A DNA stretch of 64,000 nucleotides from Eledone cirrhosa (lineage: Eukaryota): the NCBI GenBank assembly GCA_964016885.1, contig OZ024749.1, positions 35,588,001 through 35,652,000 of the forward strand, read 5' to 3'. Each line of letters opens with the position of its first letter. Position 1 is the first letter of the stretch. A program made the translations under genes and the position numbers. Shown here piece after piece: positions 56,367 to 64,000 of the stretch. Below the pieces are notes generated by a model, which saw only the letters and a program-made list of their open reading frames with translations, was not told where the DNA came from and did no database searches.

Positions 56367-56926
56367 AATATATATATATATAAATATATATATATCATCA
56401 TCATCATCATCAGGTTTAGCGTCCGTGTTCCACGCTTGCATGGGTTTGTATATTATATATATAAATATATATATGTGTGTGTGTATACATATATATATAT
56501 ATATACAAATATATATATATATATAAATAAATATATATATATGTGTGTGTGTAGATATGTATGTAAATATATATGTATATCAGTGTATGTATGTGTGGAG
56601 GGAGAATGGATGTATATTTGTTTAAGTATGTTTGTTTGTGTGTGTGTGTAAATATGTATGTAACTATGTGTCTTTCTGTACGTATTCATGTATGTTTCTA
56701 TATGTATGTATATACATATGTATATGTATGTGTAGCACTAATGCTGGTTGTTGTTAGGGAAGTAGTATTGGTCATTGTGTTTTAATGTGTTGATTGGTGT
56801 GGGGGAAGTAATGATGACCAATGATAAATTGAGACAGACCAACAAGAAAACCAAACAAGCTGAGTTCTATATTTTTATTTGTGCCATGGAATGCTACAAA
56901 AGCATGTATCAAAGTATAACAACCAG

Positions 56927-57131
56927 TATCGAATGGTCAACTGAAAAGTTCATAGGCTGATTATGAAGGAGTGATGCTAGAGTTGTGAAAACTTGCATGC
57001 ATTAATTTCGACTCTTCTTATTAATAACTGCATTGTTTCTTTCCAGGGACTATGTTGAAAAAACAAACCTCATTTGGTCATTCCATAAGGGTATCTTAAT
57101 CAGCCTATGAAATTTTCAGCTGACCCTTGTA
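56927..57131. mobile_element. Mariner-like MITE
   Basis: TIRs ggtcaactgaaaagttcataggctgatta and taatcagcctatgaaattttcagctgacc, with TA flanks. Confidence 0.75.
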
Positions 57132-57148
57132 TATATATATACACAAAT

Positions 57149-57495
57149 GGAGGCACATGGCTTAGTGGTTAGAGCATTGGCCTTGCAATCGAAAGGTTGT
57201 AAGTTCAATTCTCACACCGGGTGATGTGTTGTTTCCTTGAGCAAGACACTTTATTTCACATTGCTCCAGTTTACTCAGCTGTAGAAATGAGATGATAGGG
57301 ACTGGCGTCCACATCATTCCACTGCAAAGTGGTCGTGGTGGTGCCACGGCAAAAAAGCACCCAGCACTCACTGTAAATGAGGTTGGTGTTAGGAAGGGCA
57401 TCCAGCTGTAGAAATCAAGCCAGAATCAGTTCCCGTCCCACCCTTGCAAGCAGGGAAAAGCGGACTTAAAATGACGATGATGATGATGATGATGA
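57149..57495 (+). mobile_element. SINE family A, full length
   Basis: Near identical to 13472-13822. Confidence 0.92.
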
Positions 57496-58133
57496 AATGA
57501 ATTTATATCGATATGACCATACCTTGGCAAGATACGGATGCCTCAGCTTATCTGGGAGGTCAGTAACCCCACTTCAGTACTGATTTGGTCTATGTAGACA
57601 CATCCAACTCTTATTAGTATGGAAAGAGGACGTTAAATGGTGCTGATAGACAATATTGACTCACTGCACCATAACTTCTCAATGTACATTTGGTGCTAAA
57701 ATACCAAAACAGAGTGCACTCATACAGATAATATTATGGATGCAACATTATTAATATCTTGCAAAAAAGACATAGAATCAAGCAGAACAATAAAATCTTA
57801 CTTTACATTAGCAATATATAATTCTAACAAAGACTTAAACAATGTTGTTTTGGGTTTTGAGAAAACGCAATAATTAAATGGATAATTATTAATATTAAGC
57901 AGTTGACCTTCATCAGTATTAATTAGACAAGATATTAATTGTTCATAATTAAGTTTGAGTCAAGAAAGAAACTCACATGTTGTTATGGCAACTGCTACAA
58001 TAACTGTGATAGTTGTGGACAATGGAAGGCAAGGATGAATGCTAAAAATAGCTCACTCACAACCCATGAAGCGACTCTACCGATATATAAAAAAATCGGG
58101 AGTGGGAATATACAAATGAATTTATATTGAATT

Positions 58134-58196
<63 letters not shown>

Positions 58197-58406
58197 TTTA
58201 ATTATGTCTCATATAAAATAATACAACTGGCTATCCGCAAAATACGTATAGTTAGCACCCAAATGTAAAATTGGGATTATACTAAGGTATATCCTAATGT
58301 TTGTTGAGTGAGACGGAAGCCGGTCGGAGTATTGCTTAAAACTTTCTCTGTTAATGTATTAAATAAATATATATGTATATAGTCTTTATTATGGCTAAGT
58401 GGTGAG

Positions 58407-58456
58407 TCTTGTTACTCTGGAGTTTCCCTTGTGTACTCACAAGATCATCAGATAAG
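58407..58456 (-). ncRNA. Type I hammerhead ribozyme (family H4)
   Basis: Minus strand cttat CTGATGA tcttgtg-agta-cacaagg GAAA ctccagag TA acaag. Confidence 0.8.
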
Positions 58457-58507
58457 TTTTGTCTGATGATGCTGTGAGTACACAGGTGAAACTCCAGAGT
58501 AACAAGA
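58457..58507 (+). ncRNA. Type I hammerhead ribozyme (family H4)
   Basis: ttttgt CTGATGA(58463) tgctgtg-agta-cacaggt GAAA(58488) ctccagag TA acaaga. Confidence 0.8.
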
Positions 58508-59229
58508 CTCACCATGTAGCCATAATAAAGAATATTTAAACTCTACTTCAGTACTGAATATTCATTCTCACATCTGCCACAGATACATATGTGTATGTGT
58601 GTGTGTATAGTAACAATAAATACAAAGATCAAAATATGAAGAGAGGGCTCGATAAGAAGATCCTGTATAGGGTGAAAGCAGAAATTCTTTGCTTAAACTT
58701 TGATCTGTCCATGGAGTGGGGAGACCCAAGAAGACCTGGGATGTGGTGATAAAAGCTGTCCTTACTCAATTACACCTCTCAAAGGCGATGACACACAACC
58801 GTGACCTCTGGCGTCAAGCAGTAATACAGAAGACCCGACTTCCCACGGGTACAAGCCGAAGCTAGAGCATATAGACAATATGCCCTCCCCCCTCCCACTG
58901 CAAAGTGGTTGTGGAGGTGCCACCCCATTAAAAGCACCCAGCCCACACTGTAAAGTGGACATGTAGGCGCTACAGAAAAAAAGCACCCAGCACTCACTGT
59001 AAATGAGGTTTGTGTTAGGAAGGGCATCCAGCTGTAGAAATCAAGCCAGAATCAGTTCCCGTATGAGCAAGACAAGGTCAGCCGTCTAACCAATACTAGC
59101 GTGGAAGAACAGACGTAAAACGGTGATGATGATGATGATTTATATATATATATATATATATAGTAAAAGTTTCAGAAGATCCAGTTAAGGGTGAAAGCAG
59201 TGATTCTTTGCTTAAACTTTAATCTGTTC

Positions 59230-59268
<39 letters not shown>

Positions 59269-59523
59269 GTAGAAAAGTAAGAAATCGGAGGATAGACCGT
59301 TAAAACATGTTTATTTAAAACAGCACCTATGTACGTTTCGCCCAGTTGGGTTTCTCAAGGGCATAAATAATCAAAAGTGTTCCTTACATTGCTCGGAAAG
59401 AGTTTTTGGCTCCCTTGACCTGCTGCAAAATCAAAACAAGCTATTTTTGCGAGCAATGAACCTTGACTTGAATTTAACCCCAAAAACTCTTTCCGAGCAA
59501 TGTAAGGAACAATTTGGGTTATT

Positions 59524-59567
59524 TATGCCCTTGAGAAGCCCAACTGGGCGAAACGTACGTAGGTGCT
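59524..59567 (+). ncRNA. Hammerhead ribozyme, U3:A8 variant, with a mirror copy at 59322-59365 (-)
   Basis: gccc TTGAGAA(59531) gccca-ac-tgggc GAAA(59550) cgtacg TA ggtgc. Lies inside inverted repeat 59268-59621. Confidence 0.7.
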
Positions 59568-59801
59568 GTTTTAAATAAACATGTTTTAACGGACTATTCT
59601 CCGATTTCTTACTTTTTCACGTGCTTACGCTCTGCTAACTCTCTAGCCCACTAAATATTAACACTTCGAATATTTAATACTGCCGGCACTAGTATCGAGC
59701 ACCTTTGGCATACGCTACTTGGCAAATAACTATATGTATCACCTATCCTCCCCTTTTTTTTTCTCTCTCGATACATAAATACTATATATATATATATATG
59801 T

Positions 59802-59970
59802 AATTGTTTCTACTTTTGGCACAAGGCCAGCAATTATCCCAGGGTATTACTGGTACTTTATTTTATTGACCCCGTAAGGATGAAAGGCAAAGTTAACCTC
59901 GGCGGGATTTTGAACTCAGATCACAAAGGGCCGTAACTCTTTGCTGCAAAGCATGGCATCCAACCCTCTT
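59802..59970 (-). mobile_element. SINE family B
   Basis: Match to 19948-20133. Confidence 0.88.
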
Positions 59971-60024
59971 GTACTGCCTCTTCATTTTTCTGTTTTTTGT
60001 TCTCTGTTTACTTTAAAAAAAAAA

Positions 60025-60118
<94 letters not shown>

Positions 60119-60332
60119 GTATTAAGGATACTATTTATGGTTATGTATATAATAAAACCTTATATATTTATATATATTTTAAACCCGAAATAGTGAAAGA
60201 CAGTAATTCATTACTATCTTATTACCAATAAGATAAATAGCTCAATGTAATAAAGGGTCAATATATATACATATGTTTTAATATGTCTCTTGCGTTGAAA
60301 AGGCGGTCAAGTATGTAAAAATCACTAAATAG

Positions 60333-60381
60333 TTGCTCCGAAGAATCCAAACCTCGGTTTGGAGGAAACAATTGTAAGCAA
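60333..60381 (+). ncRNA. Type I hammerhead ribozyme, C4 variant
   Basis: ttgct CCGAAGA(60338) a-tccaaacc-tc-ggtttgga-g GAAA(60365) caattg TA agcaa. Confidence 0.75.
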
Positions 60382-60449
60382 ATAAATGATTTAAACTGAA
60401 CTTTGATTCATGTAATTTCTATATATATACATATATATATATACATATA

Positions 60450-60483
<34 letters not shown>

Positions 60484-60485
60484 CA

Positions 60486-60539
<54 letters not shown>

Positions 60540-61832
60540 CATATATATATATACATATATGTATATATATATATATACATACACACACATATATATATTA
60601 TATATATGAAACAATCGTAAAATGATGAATTTTTCAATATAAGGAGCCTTTGCTTTTATTTCATTATTTTTATTAATTTATCTTGACTCTGTTTTCCTAG
60701 GATTTTTATCGCTAGTTTTTGAATGCATTTTCTCTTTTCATGATATCTCCTATATTTGGATTACATTGAGTTCTTCATACGGATTGGACATTATCGTTTA
60801 TTTTGGAGATTTATCTACATATATATATATATACATGTGTGTGTATGTATGTTGAAGAATATCTCTCTCACTATATATTAGTTACGTTAACTGTGTGTAT
60901 GTGGTTGGGTAAGGGGTGATTAAGTATTGATTAATTGATGAGGAGGTCATTGAACTGATGTGTGAAGTAAGTGTTTTGGCAGGGGGGTGAGGGTGGGGGT
61001 GGGAGGTAGTGTTATGGATTCTAGATACAATCGCTCTGAAATATTGTTTAAATCGATGCTGTTATTGTTAATGTTGTTGTTGATGGTAGTAGTAGTAGTA
61101 TTTAAATTTAAGCAAATATTGTTTAGTGTAGAAGTGACTTCTTTATGGCTAAAATCATATTATTTTAGACACTGTACCTACTAAGTAGCTATTCTCACCA
61201 TCACTGTACATGCTTATCTCCACTCTATCCAGGATCACCTCACCTCTCTTAAATCCTCAAACATTGGTCACCTCCTTGCCATACACTCATGACAACCTAC
61301 TTATCTTCCATTTTAAACCTGATCCTAAGGTAGAGAGAGCTCTTCTGTTGAGTCAATGACCAACAACCTCTCTAGTGCAGGTGTCACAAAAAAAAATGTG
61401 TTCAACACACCCTCTAAGGTAGCTGATGATAGGAAGGGCATCTCACTGAAGAAAGGGTTGGGAGGACTCTTCGGTTGTGTCAAGGACATGACAACCTCCC
61501 CTATGTCAGTACCACAGGAAAATGCACCCAGTGCACTCTGTAGATTTCGGGGCAGCATATATAAACAAGATGTCCTTCTGGCACAGCTGATAGGTTAGTA
61601 GTAACAACCTGTTCAACCAAACATTGCTAGTAGGGAGAGTGGAATTTAAATGATAATGATGATGATGATAATGTGCAACATAAAGTTTTATCATGTGACA
61701 CCATCCCACATCCTTCCGAATCATACACACACACGTACACACACGTACACACACACACTCACATATTCATGTTTTTTTTGTGTTTGGAAGAAGAGTTCAA
61801 AGTGTTTACACTTCACACTTCATTATTTTGAC

Positions 61833-62020
61833 AGCGGTGGATTGGCAGTATCGGTAGAGGGTCGGACGCCATGCTCTCCAGCATAGTTACGTCCCTTTAC
61901 GATCTGAGTTCAAATCCCGCCGAGGTTGACTTTGCCTTTCATCCTTACGGGGTCGATAAAATAAAGTACCAGTAATGCACTGGGTAATTGCTGGCCTTGT
62001 GCCTAAAGTAGAAACAATTA
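61833..62020 (+). mobile_element. SINE family B, full length, with target-site duplication
   Basis: TSD attattttgacagc near 61822 and 62017. Confidence 0.92.
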
Positions 62021-62317
62021 TTTTGACAGCATAGGTTTCTAATTAAAAACAAAACAAAACAAAACAAACAAACAAAATAAACATTAGTTATATCTGCCTG
62101 AAGTTTACTTTAAGATCTTTGAAGAAAAAGAATAGTTTAAGGGTTTATGTAAAATATTAATTACAAGAGAGAGAGAGAGAGAGAGAGGAAGATAGCAATG
62201 GCTATATAAATGTAAGTTGATAGTGATAGGTGAATAGAGATAGAGAGGTAGATAGATAATGGGATAGATAGATAGATATTTAGATAGATTTCTTGATAGA
62301 TTGCTTGATAGATAGAT

Positions 62318-62968
62318 ATATTTTTTTATTTGCCACAAGGGCGCACAAGAAAAGGGGACAATACAAAGACACATGCTGGGGATTTTACATACAGTCATGT
62401 AAAAATATTGAAACAAACAATTATAACAATCGAAATCCCCAATAGGGGGGAGGCGCCAGAAATGGGTTGTTTAATACCCCATTGATAGAACGACCCTCAA
62501 CTTCAGGAGCGTGTTGTGCAAGTGCCCCCTTCTTCCTTTTGCTCTCTTCTTTAACCTACAGGCTTATAAACAGAGAAGGCCCAATCACTCGGGTCATTTT
62601 CACTTCATTCACCCACCTTTCAGTAAATTTACTGGGGTGCAGTGCCTCTCTCTCCACTCTGATTCTTCTTCTAATGTGGTACTTAAAGAAGGGAATCAAT
62701 TGTTGTCCGGAGAGAAAGACATCTGTCCTCAGTCCTCTCAATCTCGTCCACCATATAACCTCTTTCACCATAGCCACTGTACAGAGGAAAACCGCCTCTC
62801 TTTCATTTTTGAAAGAGGCTGGTGGTTTGATCCTAACTATGGAATCGGCAGTCAACTGGATTTGTCCCATACATGACAGCAGTTGTTCTGCATAGTTCCA
62901 CAGGTCGCTTACGCCCAGGCAGAGTACAATTGCGTGCAAGACGGTTTCAATGTCCTGCTCGCATAGAT
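62318..62968 (-). mobile_element. L1/Tx1-like LINE ORF2 C-terminus (CCHC remnant) and 3' UTR
   Basis: CEQDIETVLHAIVLC...LW...KEVIWWTR...FTERW. Flanked by (GATA)n. Confidence 0.85.
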
Positions 62969-62997
62969 TGTTAGATAGACAGACAGATAGATAGATA

Positions 62998-63399
62998 TGT
63001 TTCTTTATTAGCCACAGGGGCACAAAAGAAGGAGACAAATACAAAGGGGGAAGTTTACATTCAATAAAAACGTGTAAAATATTATCACAAATGCAATTTA
63101 AAAGTTAATCGATTTTCCCCAATAGGGGGAGACATTTCATATGGGTAACACATACTCCCGAAAAAATGTGCAACCCTCATCTCCAGGAGTACGAAGAGTT
63201 TGTACTCCTTTCCTCTCTTCCTCTTTTTCCTCAACCTACAGGCTGATATAGAGAGAAGGCCCATTCACTCGGGCCATTCTCGCCACTTTCACCCACCTTT
63301 CATAAAACTTGCTGTGGTACAGCACCTCTCTCTCCATCCTGATTCTTCTTCGAAAGTGGTATTTGAAAAAAAGAATCAGTTGTTGGCCGGAGAGAAAGG
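62998..63399 (-). mobile_element. Second L1/Tx1-like 3' end (sister subfamily), in tandem
   Basis: Homologous to 55472-55807 and more distantly to 62318-62715. (GATA)n lies on both sides. Confidence 0.8.
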
Positions 63400-64000
63400 T
63401 AGATAGATAGATTTCTAGATAGAGGTATAGATAGATAGATAGAGACAGATTACTAGATAGATTAAGTTCGATTTAAAGAAAGTGAAGGATGAATAAAGTA
63501 AAATGATTGAAACAAAAGAATGAAGGAATTAGAAAGAATATGTGAATGAAGATGTATGTGTGTATGTATGTGTGTATGTTTGTATGTGTGTATGTATGTG
63601 TGTATGTTTGTATGTGTCTGTCTGTATGTTTGTTGTATGTGTGTATGTATGTATGTGTGTATGTTTGTATGTGTCTGTCGGTATGGTTGTATGTATGTGT
63701 GTATGTATTTATGTGTGTATGTGTATTTGTTTGTATGTGTGTGTTTGTATGTGTTTGCATGTGTGTGTGTGTTTATATGCATTTTGTGTCTGTGCGTGTA
63801 TTTGTTTGTGTGTATGTTTATGTATGCATGTGTTTGTATGTGCATGTGTTTGTGTATATATATATATATATATGTTTGTGTGTGTATGTGTGTGTGTACA
63901 GTATGCAATAAAAAGGAGAGGGTGAGAGTGAATGTGTATGTGTGTGCGTGAGAGAGAGAGAAAGAAAGACTGATACTGAGTGAGAGAGATAGTGAGAGAG

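Noticed and set aside
57830-57920. Minus-strand CTGATGAaggt...acccAAAAcaacattgTT
   Set aside because: GAAA is mutated and stem I is poor. It may be a fossil hammerhead but cannot be supported.

Overview
Eukaryotic, very AT-rich and repeat-dominated DNA. The SINE/LINE families and microsatellite load suggest an octopod cephalopod, which is an inference from memory of these repeats. Nearly all ORFs in the supplied track are artefacts of (TA)n, (CA)n, (TG)n or (CCA)n repeats. The window holds two abundant tRNA-derived SINE families and 5'-truncated LINE fragments (RTE, CR1-like, L1/Tx1-like, and a CRE-like RLE element). It also has a rearranged Penelope-like (Naiad-type) RT/GIY-YIG remnant, piggyBac- and mariner-like MITEs, and several minisatellites. 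The only reasonable host-gene evidence is a candidate exon at 140-232 resembling a MAM-domain C-terminus. The main signal not shown by the ORF track is a dense set of type I hammerhead ribozyme motifs: roughly 15 intact or near-intact cores from about 9 unrelated short elements. Most lie beside (TA)n tracts and many form fold-back palindromes. They include U3:A8 core variants, a back-to-back pair, a tandem pair and one with a ~100-nt stem II. All structures were folded by eye, and boundaries are approximate.
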